In this document: piece by piece, positions 1-10,480 of the stretch
Position numbering within the stretch: the stretch's first letter is position 1
Layout: every line of letters begins with the position of its first letter
NCBI GenBank assembly: GCA_013239625.1
Contig: MU055269.1
Span: 2,410,441-2,474,440 of the forward strand
Reading direction: 5' to 3'
Source: Lama guanicoe
Taxonomy: Eukaryota
DNA length: 64,000 bases
Notes under the pieces: model-generated
Seen by the model: the letters and a program-made list of their open reading frames with translations, nothing else
Told to the model about the DNA's origin: nothing
Database searches by the model: none
Position numbers and translations under genes: made by a program

Positions 1-226
1 ACTCTCGGCACACAGGTGCTCCCCCCATAAACTGCCCTGATGTTAGACAACAGATGTCACCAGCCATTCATAGTCAGCGTTACTCCACACCTCATGTGCA
101 TTTCAGTTTGAATGAGTTTATCAAGAATTCTGTTCCCGTTTCAGAATGCCAAGTGCTGTGAATGAGAAACGGATGAGGAATTGCGGGGTCCGAGGCAAAC
201 CGATTTTATCACTCTGTGTTTTTCAG

Positions 227-292
227 GTCCTTAAGCATTTGCATAAAAAGCTGAAGAGCATGTCAAAGAAGTCAGAGGCATCGAAGAAAAAG
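227..292 (+). CDS. GALR1: Galanin receptor type 1, coding exon 2 (66 bp, intracellular loop 3)
   Basis: Flanked by tttcAG (225-226) and GTaatg (293). The phase-0 translation VLKHLHKKLKSMSKKSEASKKK matches the GALR1 exon-2 peptide VLNHLHKKLKNMSKKSEASKKK. Confidence 0.97.
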
Positions 293-463
293 GTAATGTT
301 CACAGATTTATGTCACACCCACCGTGTCCTAGAGCTTAGTTTATTTTTGTCCTGAACTATCCTCACATCCACCCAATGCCTGTGAAATTCAATACAGGTG
401 TTTGTAGTGACCCCCTTACCATTAGGCGGAGGGTAGAAACAGAGAGCCTGCTTTTGAGGGTGT

Positions 464-508
464 CGCAGGGGACCGTGCCGCAGGGGACCGGGCCGCAGGG
501 GACCGTGC
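464..508. repeat. Minisatellite, 3 x 15 bp (CGCAGGGGACCGTGC)
   Basis: Three adjacent copies with one mismatch in the middle copy. Confidence 0.9.
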
Positions 509-3500
509 TGCACTGAAACCTGGATGGAGGTCTCAGGGGCGCGGAAACGTGTGTTTTGGATCCTGAGCCTCTCTGGAAGGTGCTTTCAGGTTGATTGGGA
601 CCGAGTGTGGAGTTGCCGGGTCTGTAATTTGCATGAAACTAAGGAGCTTTTGTTGTGTGTTCGGCGTCTCTGAGGTGGTTCCAGGGGCCCTTCTTAATGA
701 TCCTGAGAGAGTATTGCTGGAATCTGGCCCTTAAGCCTCAGAAGCAGACGCACTGCTCTCTCTTCCTCCCCGACTTGTGCGGATGTCCACCCCGCTCCTC
801 CCGCGAGGAGAGACTTAACGACGGGGGGCCCCGGGGGAACTCATCCCACGGGTCGTCGCCTTTCTCCTCATGTGAAACCGATTTCCCCCAGTAGTGTTAC
901 GACATCAAGCATCCAAAGATTGATTACATTTCACGTTTTGAGGAAAGAGTGTTATACAAACCGGGATGAATTTAACTCTTCCTCAGATAATGTCTCTATC
1001 ATTTCTGAGTTCAGGAAGTGGGACGAAAGGGGAGTGAGACTGTTAGCCAGTATGATTAGGACGAGATTATAACAGTCATTTTCACCCACAAATATTACTC
1101 TAACATCTTAAAATGCCTTGTTTTTCCTTCTAACTGTTTATCCTGGTCAATGACACATCATTTGCAGAAATTATGGTTTAACCACATTTACTTTCAAAAC
1201 ATGCTACCTAAATCAAGCCAGCTCTTCCTGAGGCTCCTTGTTTATAAACAATAATGTGGCTAAAAACACAACGGTTCTCAGAGTCCATGAATAGACATCT
1301 GGCTAAAAAAACTCAAAATTCAGCTTGCGTTTGAAGAGGCCAGCATCCTCGGGGAGGGCGGGGGCTCGCTGGGCTTCTGCAGAGGCGATGCCCCTGGAAC
1401 GTGACGAGTGCTTGTGACGGACGATGGAGATTTTCCACTTGCCAAAGGGAGGAAATAAAACATCTCGTTGGCGCTGGCTGGGCCTGCCTTACATGCTGTG
1501 GCTGGTGTTAGTCTCTGCAACTGAAAAATGTTGGAGAGAAATGGTGGCAGTCCCAGAAGAGAGAGTGAGTAAAAGAGTGAAAACAGGTCTTATAAGAAAT
1601 GCCTAGAAAAGCTTCTGTCCTGCAGCAAAAAGGTCCGAAGACCAGTGATCAGCTCGCCAAGGACGTTGTTTACTCTTCTGTGCACGTGTGTGGGGTGTCC
1701 GTGTGTGCGTGCGGCTCCGTGTCACGTATGCATGAGTAAATGTAATCCTCACCACAGGAGAGGCTTTCAGCATCAGGCGGAGGGAAGGTTTTCCCTCCCA
1801 TTCTCACAACCTGTGACCCTTAATAATCCAGAAACAGATGTCAGATCCCTTTTGATGTGTTTACCTGCCTCCTTGCTGGCACAGAGCAAATACCGAGTGG
1901 TGCTGATGCTGGTGGCGGCGTGTGCACGTGCACGTGCACGCGCGTACCCGGGATAGCAGAGGAGCGCAGGAGTGGGGTGGGAAGAGGGAGTGGGGAGGGA
2001 GGGGGGCGCGCAGAGAAGTCCAGGATAGAAAGTCGACTTGACTGTCAAGCCGGGGGCAGGGAGACAGGCTTGGCTCCTGGTGATGCTCCCGTGGGTCTCA
2101 GCGCAGAAGGAAGGGTGCACCTGGGGTGGGTGCACGCTCAGTTGCTGTGGATGGTGGGGTGACGTGCTCTGATTCTGAGAGCTGCTCATTTCAGCTGCAC
2201 CTTGTCCAGCTCCTCCTGCCAGGGTCTGAGTGGGGCTGGGCTCCTCTGCACCACGTCCATCCACACGGGGTCCCCTCGTGTGGAGGCCGGGGGCGCTTGT
2301 GACAAACACAGAAACACCCTCAGGAAAACACAAAAGAAGAATGTGATCTCCAATGCCAGCATTGTAGGACGGAGCCCTGCTCGAGTCAGGTCAGGCTCCG
2401 TTGGACTTCGAGATGGTGCTCTGGCCCAGGGCGGATCAGGTGCCAAGGCAGGATTCTGAAACGCTGTCCAGAAAACTTCCAGTGGGACAGACAGACACCC
2501 GCATTGGGTGGCTGCTTCTGACCAGGACGAGGTGACAAGCCTTTCCAGACCCTCCCAACCATGACATTCTTTTAACAGCTCCTATTTCCCCGCTCTGGTG
2601 TGAAGTAACTCAGCACGCTTTTTGGCTGTCATTTCTACAATTTAGACAATGTTTTTCATCATTCTCCTCTTTCAGTCCCCTTTTCTCCTTCCCAGCCAAG
2701 TTCCATTAGACGTATTAGGAGGAAAAATCTTTGAAGAAAAGGAAAAAACCACAGGTGTCTCAGAAGGCTTGAAAACGAGCATCTCACAGGAAGAGAAGGA
2801 AAGAGTATTTCCCGGATACTTTCAGCACGAGGAGCAAAAAGAAGGGAGGCTGACAAGGACCCGATCTCAGGAGTTAGTATAGAGACTTAGCACGTAACCT
2901 CATGCAATGGCTGCTTCTCCATCACAAGGTGTGATTCTACACACGGACAAAGGAGGAGAGCCGTGGATGTGCTGAGCGCAACTCCATCCAGGACAGCGGC
3001 GAACGATCCTGCAAGAAGTGGAAACAGACCAGCCTCCTTCCCCGCAGAGGGGACCTCTCTCCTCACCTCTGAACGCCTGGGCCTTCGAGTGGAGCTGGGT
3101 GAGGCAGTCCACTCTGGTTGTGGCTTCTCTGCGGACGGCTCCCCTGGTCCTTCAGACGCCGGCGGAGAGAGAGAACGGTGCACTCCTAGGGGACTGCCTA
3201 GGCTTCTGCCCCACACCTGCTACTTGGTCCAGACGTCCTAAAAGCAGCAGTGAAATGGGATATCCAGAGGGCGTTCCCTTAGTGAAGGAGAGAGATGTTT
3301 TTATTGCCTTCGGACAGACGACGTGGTGCGTTCTATTTGCAGATGTAATCACATCTGGGTTGTCTTTATGAAGTCGGCGGGGAGTGCATCCCACACAGAT
3401 GGATACGTGGATTGACAGCAGACGCTCCCTTCGCAGACGCGCGCAGGTTGCTCCTGTGCTCTGTGGGCTGTGGGGAGGTGCCTTTAGCGTGTAAACCCAC

Positions 3501-3603
3501 CGGCCTGTAAAACTCTGTGGTCAGGTTCGTACCTGAGTCGTCTGAGGGCTGCAGGGCGTCGGGCCCAGCCAGGGAGTCGCCGTGCTGGGTCGCCCTCTTC
3601 ACA

Positions 3604-3673
3604 GGCCGGGGAGGTGAGGCCCGGGGAGGTGATGCCCAGGGAGATGAGGCCCGGGGAGGTGAGGCCCCGGGAG
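3604..3673. repeat. Minisatellite, ~4.5 x 15 bp (GGCCCGGGGAGGTGA)
   Basis: Degenerate tandem copies visible directly. Confidence 0.85.
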
Positions 3674-4009
3674 GGCATCACTTTTCAAAGGCGGTGCAGC
3701 CCGCTCACGGCTCATGTCAGTCCTGGATTTGCACGGTCCCCGAGGCCCTCCCACGGGCAGCCGGACTGTCCTCTCCGGCTCCCCGACCGCTGCCTTTTTC
3801 CCGACCCGGGCCTGGAATCCAAGCTTCTCCCTGACCGTCTCTGCCTCGGTGTCCCGGCTTCCAGCCCGCCTCTTTTTCTTTTTTTCTTTTTTTAACCGCC
3901 AATCATGGAAAAGCGTTTGGATTTTATTTGGCAGTTTAAATAGTTGTGGAAATATTCATAAACACAGGCGGTACTTGGAGCTGGAGACAGCCCGTCTCTG
4001 ACAGACCTC

Positions 4010-4760
4010 ACGGGTGGGCGGGGCGCGGGCGGCTCACTCCGCAGCGCGGCCTCGCCCCGTGGCGGCAGCGCCCCGGTCCCGGGCAGGACGAGGAGAGTCA
4101 TTCCGTGCCGTCCTGCAGGGCCCGGGGGCCGCGCGTCCGCCGTGGGAGCACGTCGGGCGACAGTGACGTCCTCGTGGTGGGAGCACTTTGCTCCCTCGCC
4201 GGGCGGCGGTAGGGGAAGTCGGCCTCCTTCCTTTTCTCCTTCCTCGGGCCCTCCTCCTTTACCCGCGGGCCTCAGCGGAGGCTCCCTCTCCCGGAGGGGA
4301 AGGGAGGCGGGGCCGCTCGCGCTCTCGCTGGGGTCGCGCCGGGGGAGGTGCCCCGCACTCGCCGCCCCCGGAGGCGCTGGGGAGGCCGGTGCTCGCGGTG
4401 CTCGCGTTTCCGCAGCTGCAAGCACCCTCGGGGCCGGGCTCAGGCTGAGGAGGAGGGGCCCCGCGGGTCCCACCCCCGGGCAAGGGGCGGAAAGCATCTC
4501 CTCCTCGTGTCCTTCATAGTCCTCCTCCTCCTCCTCCTCCGAGAAGCCCGAGAGGAGAGCGGGGAGCTGGCGCAGGGCTGGCACCGGCGCCGGTGCCCCG
4601 CGAGCGTCAGTTGCCCTTGTGCTCCGCGGTCCAGGCAGCCCTGGCCGCTGCGGCCGGGGTGCCAGGCCGACCTTGCAGGCTGTTCTTCCCCGGTGACCGA
4701 GCCGCTCAGAGCATCTGTTTGGGGCCCCAGGGACCTGGCTCCCGGCCCTAACTTTACCTG
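4010..4760. promoter_or_regulatory. Intragenic CpG island in GALR1 intron 2
   Basis: Very GC-rich with dense CpG over ~750 bp. Contains a (TCC)7 tract at 4520-4540 and GC-box-like sites. Confidence 0.75.
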
Positions 4761-5728
4761 CCACTGCGGGACCCTGGGCCCTTGTCCTGACGGTCTGAGC
4801 CTCGGTTTCCTCCCCCGCACCTCCCGGGAGGTTATAGGCTCTCCTGGGTCGGTGGGGCTGCTGAGTGCAGGACGCACACCCAGCACCAGCCGAGGCCGGC
4901 TCTCGGCAACCCCCTCCCTGGCCCTGGTTCTGCTGTCGGACAGTCGAGCCCACCTTGCAGCCTTTTAAGGAAGCACCCAGCAGATTGCTCTCTATTTTAC
5001 AGTTTCATAAACGTGACTGGCCCATCGTCTCTTGTGCGATTCTGGTTAACACTGTCAACTGCCTAGCTGTTGCCTTTCAACGCGTGCACAGGAAGCAGGG
5101 CCCAGGGAACGGGGTGCACAGGAGGGAGGTGGGGCTCCTCTTGGGTTGAGGTCCTTGCTCGGGGAAGATCTCCCAGCGTCTGCTCAGCCAGAGTCTCAGG
5201 GCACACGTGGACCCTGCCTCTGCCTCCCAGGGCTTTCGGGCTTCGGAGCAGCAGGGAAGGGTGAAGACACAGCACACAGTTGGGGCTGATGAGCCCGGAG
5301 ACAGAACCGAACCGCCCTCTGGACAGCACTCACACACCCATGCGCGGGGGTCTTTGACTCTGTCCACGTTCAACGAGGGGAGAAACATTGCAGCAGGGTC
5401 CCACGCCCAGCTGCGCTTCCTCACGGGCCAGACCGTCCCACCGCGTCCAGGCTTCAGCTTCGCAGATTTTAAAGTTAGTGTGCGCGTGTTATCCACGTGT
5501 GTTTCACATCCCTGGTAGGATCATTCCTGCGGAAGGTCATGACTGGTCCTGGAAGCTGTGAACTAAACTGCTCCACGAAGAGAAGGTTAACACTCACAGC
5601 AGACTTAGTCCTTCCTCGATTCTGTGAAAACAGACACCCGCTTATCCCAGGGTGTGTTTGAAGAGGCTGGATTCCTTTTCTGCTGTAATCCATGCATTTC
5701 TTTCTTTTTCTCCCCCTTCTTCTCCTAG

Positions 5729-6046
5729 ACCGCGCAGACGGTTCTGGTGGTGGTCGTGGTTTTTGGGGTGTCCTGGCTGCCACACCACGTCGTCCATCTC
5801 TGGGCTGAGTTTGGGGTGTTCCCGCTGACCCCAGCCTCCTTCTTCTTCAGGATCACCGCCCACTGCCTGGCATACAGCAACTCCTCGGTGAACCCGATTA
5901 TATATGCGTTTCTCTCTGAAAACTTCAGGAAGGCTTATAAGCAGGTGTTCAAGTGCCACGCTCACAAAGAATCACCCCTTAATGACACTAAAGAAAACAA
6001 AAGTCGCGTGGACACCCCACCCTCGACCAATTGTACCCACGTGTGA
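5729..6046 (+). CDS. GALR1: Galanin receptor type 1, terminal coding exon 3 (TM6, TM7, helix 8, C-tail; 105 aa + TGA)
   Basis: Long polypyrimidine tract ending ctAG (5727-5728). Translates TAQTVLVVVVVFGVSWLPHHVVHLWAEFGVFPLTPASFFFRITAHCLAYSNSSVNPIIYAFLSENFRKAYKQVFKC...DTPPSTNCTHV*, with SWLP (CWxP-type) and NPxxY motifs and the GALR1 C-terminus. In frame with exon 2. Confidence 0.98.
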   Translation, partial: TAQTVLVVVVVFGVSWLPHHVVHLWAEFGVFPLTPASFFFRITAHCLAYSNSSVNPIIYAFLSENFRKAYKQVFKCHAHKESPLNDTKENKSRVDTPPSTNCTHV

Positions 6047-7120
6047 GAAAAGGCAGATTAGAATATTGTGAATGTGGCATTTCTGTGCTTGTGGACCAGA
6101 CACACAAAAAATACAACGCGGTATTAAGCCAGACAACAACTTGTCTTGACGACAATTCATATTCTATTAATTAAATTCCGTTTGTGTTTAAACAGTACTT
6201 TGACCCACTTGGGAAATCATAGGTCTGGTGAAGATTACTTCTGAAAGTTATTTTATTCCTAAATTCTCTTCCCAAACAAAAGAGAATGCTAGAGATTTAT
6301 ATCTCTTGAGAAATGAAAGTGTTAAAAAAAGAAAGTTTAACAGAATTCCAGAGATAAATACGCTTAGTGCTTCATAGGATGAGGAATAAGAACTTATTAA
6401 AAACGGTCAGAAATGTTTGTGATCTACATTTTGCAGCAAATTTATTTGGAAAACACATTTATGCTTTAGTTCTTCAGTTTTAAGGTAAGGGTTAATATTA
6501 TAAGCTATTTAATGTGTTTTAAAACATGATCATATCCACATGCGAAGGTTTTCCCTGAATTTTATGTACATGGAGACTCACCTGTTCGATGGAAGTAAGT
6601 TTATTTGCACAGATCACGTTTGCTCCTTGCTGCAGATACAGCGCTGCGTCCGTCTGCCACCACGAGGTCCGTTAGGTTTATCTCAGGAGGTCAACAGGCT
6701 GTGGCCCTGGGGTGTCAGCCGTCGGGATGTCAGTTAAAACTATCCTGTGAACTTAGTCTTTGTAGAACCGACGAAACGTCAGGGAAAAGCACCACCTGCG
6801 GCTAACCTAATAGTCGAAGCTGTGAATGAGTTTTCAAGAATGAAGCTGTGTGTTCAAATTATATTAGCTATGCCGTGAGTGGAATCTACCCAAAAGAGAG
6901 ATTTTTTTAAATGTCAGTGAAGATGTATAGATAACTGTTTCCACGAGTTCAGAACTCACTGAGCTACATGAGGTAAACCATCATGCCATGTGAAGAGAGC
7001 ACACTAAATGTTCGGTTCAGACAGATTCTGAAGAAAACAAACCTTGTGAATGGATAAACGTAAGGATATCTTTCCTAGTACCAACAACGCTTTTTTCATT
7101 AAATTTGTGATGATGTCTAA
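6047..7120 (+). other. GALR1: GALR1 proximal 3' UTR (AU-rich; true 3' end not determinable)
   Basis: AT-rich sequence right after the stop codon with several ATTTA motifs. ATTAAA variant poly(A) signals at 6170, 6396 and 7098. Confidence 0.6.
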
Positions 7121-8560
7121 AGCACATTTACCCCAAATATGATTCCCTCTAGGAATGTTAATTTGGGGTTTCAAATCATCATGACTTGAGTTTCAAATGT
7201 AGTTTTCATATTTACTCCTGTTTACAATGAGAAAATGGTATGAAAAGATCAAATTATCCTACATCAGAATGCAATTTTCAGACTGCGAGACTGTGATATA
7301 TTTTAGGATGACCCAAAAGCAGGAAGATTTAAAGAAAACAGTTTTGTGGAATGTTCACCCATGTCAAATCAGGACTTCATGTGAAATGCCAAATTTTAGA
7401 TCAGAAAACCAAGTCGCTGTCCGTCTTTGCATGTTAGCGTCTCTAGCTCGCGGATTTATTTGCACTGATTGTCTTCCTCCCGTGAACAGTGTTTACACTC
7501 GCAGCGGGATCCACAGTTCCCTGGACAGAAGAGGAGAAAATTGTCAGGGAGGCTGAGACAACGTGAACTTTCACGTTTGGTGGCCGGGGAAAGACGCAGT
7601 GTACGTGTGAATGTGAGTATTTTAAAGAACAACAGAAGTCCCTTGCATGGAGTGTCTTTTGCACTTTATTCAAATACAGCAGCAGAAGCGTTTTATGCTG
7701 ATGATGACACCGCACGCCTGTGCGGGACCTGAAGCTGGCTCTGCAAACCCCAGCACGACACCCGTGTGCGTGAATTCCTGCAGCTGCACAGAGCGGCGGC
7801 CTGACTGCCTCTGGACCTGCGTGGATGACAGCGACTTCTTGCACCGTTCTGTTCTCCTCTGATTCCTACGGCACCATGAAGTATTAACACCAGCACCACT
7901 GCTGCTGTTTCCTAAGACGCACCGAACACCGGCTTCGGCGTGTTTTCACCCTGTTACGTTGCGGCCCCTCCCCGATGCTGTTGGCGGGACGGGAGCTCAG
8001 GGCACAACCTGCAGTGATCAGACCTGCAGAACCCACGTGTGCTGAGTGCGCACGCAGATCGCTTTTAAAAACTGAGGTCTGGTCGATTTCCGGGGCTGTG
8101 TTAATGTCTGACGCGCAGCAGAGTGACTCAGTTACACATGCAGCTACGCTCCTGTTCGTTTTACTCTTCATTCTAGGCCACCACGAGGTCCTGAGGATGG
8201 TTCCCGTGCCGTCCAGGAGGACAGTGCCGTGTGTGTCTGCAAGTGCCCGGCTCCCACTTTGTCCCTCCCCGGTGTTCTTCCCGCCCGTCGGCATTTTCAC
8301 CCGCTCCTCTTGTTCGGAGTCTTCTCCTCTGACAGACTGTGTTGCTGATGATGCCATAGGTCTGCGAAGATGTAAATCTGTGTAGGTGCCCAGGTGAGGA
8401 GTTCCTGGAGGACTCGTAAGGCGCTTCGTTGTCCAGACGGGCGCCGAGGAGAACTTGCTTCTGCCGACAGTCTGCTTCCTGGGAAGCCGGTTTCCTCAGG
8501 TGCAGCTGGTGTCACCCATTCAGAAGCACCTTCTTGTTTTTCACTGAATAGCAGAGAACC

Positions 8561-8743
8561 NNNNNNNNNNNNNNNNNNNNNNNNNNNNNNNNNNNNNNNN
8601 NNNNNNNNNNNNNNNNNNNNNNNNNNNNNNNNNNNNNNNNNNNNNNNNNNNNNNNNNNNNNNNNNNNNNNNNNNNNNNNNNNNNNNNNNNNNNNNNNNNN
8701 NNNNNNNNNNNNNNNNNNNNNNNNNNNNNNNNNNNNNNNNNNN
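8561..8743. other. Assembly gap (183 N)
   Basis: Run of N. Confidence 1.
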
Positions 8744-8845
8744 TTTTTTCCTACTGTTTGCTTTTTTTTAAATTGAAGTTGAGTTGATTGACAGTGCTCT
8801 GTTAGTTTCTGGTGTGTGGCCTAGTGACTCAGTCACACGCATCCA
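8744..8845 (-). mobile_element. Short L1 3'-end fragment
   Basis: Poly-T followed by aattgaagttgagttgattgacagtgctctgttagtttctggtgtg, the antisense of an L1 3' terminus. Confidence 0.65.
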
Positions 8846-10321
8846 CCCCACACGCTCTTTCTCCCAGCCACCAGGCTAAAGGCGATACCAGGTGTCCCTT
8901 TGAAGTCAGGCTGCTTGGAAAACCTTGTTTTCAGTGAACTTCAAAGAAAATGGATCTGTGCTCCTTAGACTGGGCGGCCTCTGTGTCCCAAGGCTGCTGG
9001 TGATCTTCTGGGCCTCGGCTTTCCTGCAGGGGGCGGACAGCTCTGGAATATTCAAACCGCAGACACGCTTGCTGTCTCGTGTGCATGAGCAGTAGTTTCG
9101 GTCTCCTCTTGGTGAGGTCAGGGACGTGGTGGAGGAGACTTTCTGGTCCTGGGGTCCCAGGAGAGCTTACCTGGATTCCTCTCTGGGGTGGTGGTCGGTG
9201 GGGCTGCGCCTACCCGCGCTGGTTTCCTGGGAGGGGCGCTGGTCACTTCTGAGAGGTTGTGACCCAGTGGGCGGTGACAGGGCTCATGAGGCCAGGCTCT
9301 GCCTGCGGCCACGGCACCTCTCCCGGGCACACCCGGCTGGCTGTGCGGCGTCCTCTTCCCCGCCCCAGCCCAGCTGCTCATTGCATCCTTTTCTCGAGGG
9401 AGATCCCACAGTCCCTGGGCTAGAACCTTCTGACCTGTCACGAGTGAGGATGAACTATGGGTGGGACGTAGGGCTCAGAGCAATGATCAGTGAGAGATGC
9501 AGAATCAGACTCTGAACAGGCAACTTGTCTGCCTTCACTGTAGGTGCCACTGGCCAAACACGGTCTCCGCTGAGAAACGGCAGAGATCTGAGGAAGCAGA
9601 AGTGGGTGGGGGTCACGCTGATTTTCAGTGGAAACCTTCCCATCTTGTGAGAAAGAAAAAAATCAGCATAAACGTGGTCGGGGCCACTTGGCTTTGACTA
9701 TGAGAAAACACCGTTTAAAATGGAAAGTCCGTCACTTTTCTCCTAAAGAGACGGTTGCCAGCCTGTGGGTGTGTCCGTGCAGCAGCTCAGCGCCGGCCGC
9801 TCTCGGTGAGGGCAGCGCGCCTCAGGCTCTCCTGTCCTGTTGAGCTGCTCCGCTGCCCGGGCGCCCGGGGGAGCTCTACCCAGAAGAAGGTTCGCGAGTG
9901 AGTGAACCGATTGCTGGGTTCGTGGTATTTTCGAAACAGGGCTGGCGTGGAGAAAGACGGAAACTGAAAACTTCTCTTGACATGGAACCTGGTGGTGACT
10001 CGGGAGTATTCGTGAGCCAGCAATGGGTGCGTAAATGTTATTTTCCACAGGTTGGCTTCCTGAGTAATGGTTCACTGCCAGGTATTTCACAAGGATGGAA
10101 GATTTGGCCTTGAGGGATAGAAATGCAAAGGTTCCTTGAATACAATTGACCGAATCTTTGAATGTCTCCCATTACATCTGCCTGGTGCCTTGTAGGAGAG
10201 GCAGTGGATGCTCGGGAACTCGAGGCTGGGTTGGATCTGTTGGTGAGTTGCTGTGGGAAATGCTGCCTCGAGTGAGCGGGGGAGCTCCCGGAGGTCCCCG
10301 TGCCCTGCGCTCACCTCGGAG

Positions 10322-10480
10322 CGGGGGCTCTCACACTTCCCCAGGCGTCGGGATCACCCGGAGAGTTTGTCACAGCAGGTGGCCCGGGCTTCACCTCCGC
10401 GTGTCTGATTCTGAAGATTCTCACATGCTGTTTGTTACTCCAATGCTGTTTGTCCAGGGACCACATTTTCAGAACTACTG
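10322..10480. mobile_element. MER5A-like hAT-Charlie MITE
   Basis: atcacccggagagtttgt...tctgattc...gtccagggaccacattttcagaactactg resembles the MER5A consensus. Confidence 0.7.

Larger units (their letters stand above)
293..5728 (+). other. GALR1: GALR1 intron 2 (GT-AG, phase 0, 5436 bp)
   Basis: Canonical splice sites join KKK to TAQ in frame. Confidence 0.95.

Noticed and set aside
146-355. 69-aa ORF containing the exon 2 peptide
   Set aside because: Only 227-292 is coding; the flanks are intronic read-through.
464-3673. Short repeats as a CRISPR-like array
   Set aside because: Eukaryotic DNA, and the repeats are contiguous with no unique spacers.
3892-4953. 353-aa minus-strand ORF as an intact gene
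   Set aside because: Non-ATG start, P/A/G/R-rich composition, and poly-E derived from a (TCC)n tract. Several frames are open because of high GC. Kept only as part of a speculative finding.
9023-9035. CTCF-like motif CCTGCAGGGGGCG (a similar one lies near 34345)
   Set aside because: Single imperfect matches are expected in GC-rich DNA, and there is no supporting evidence.
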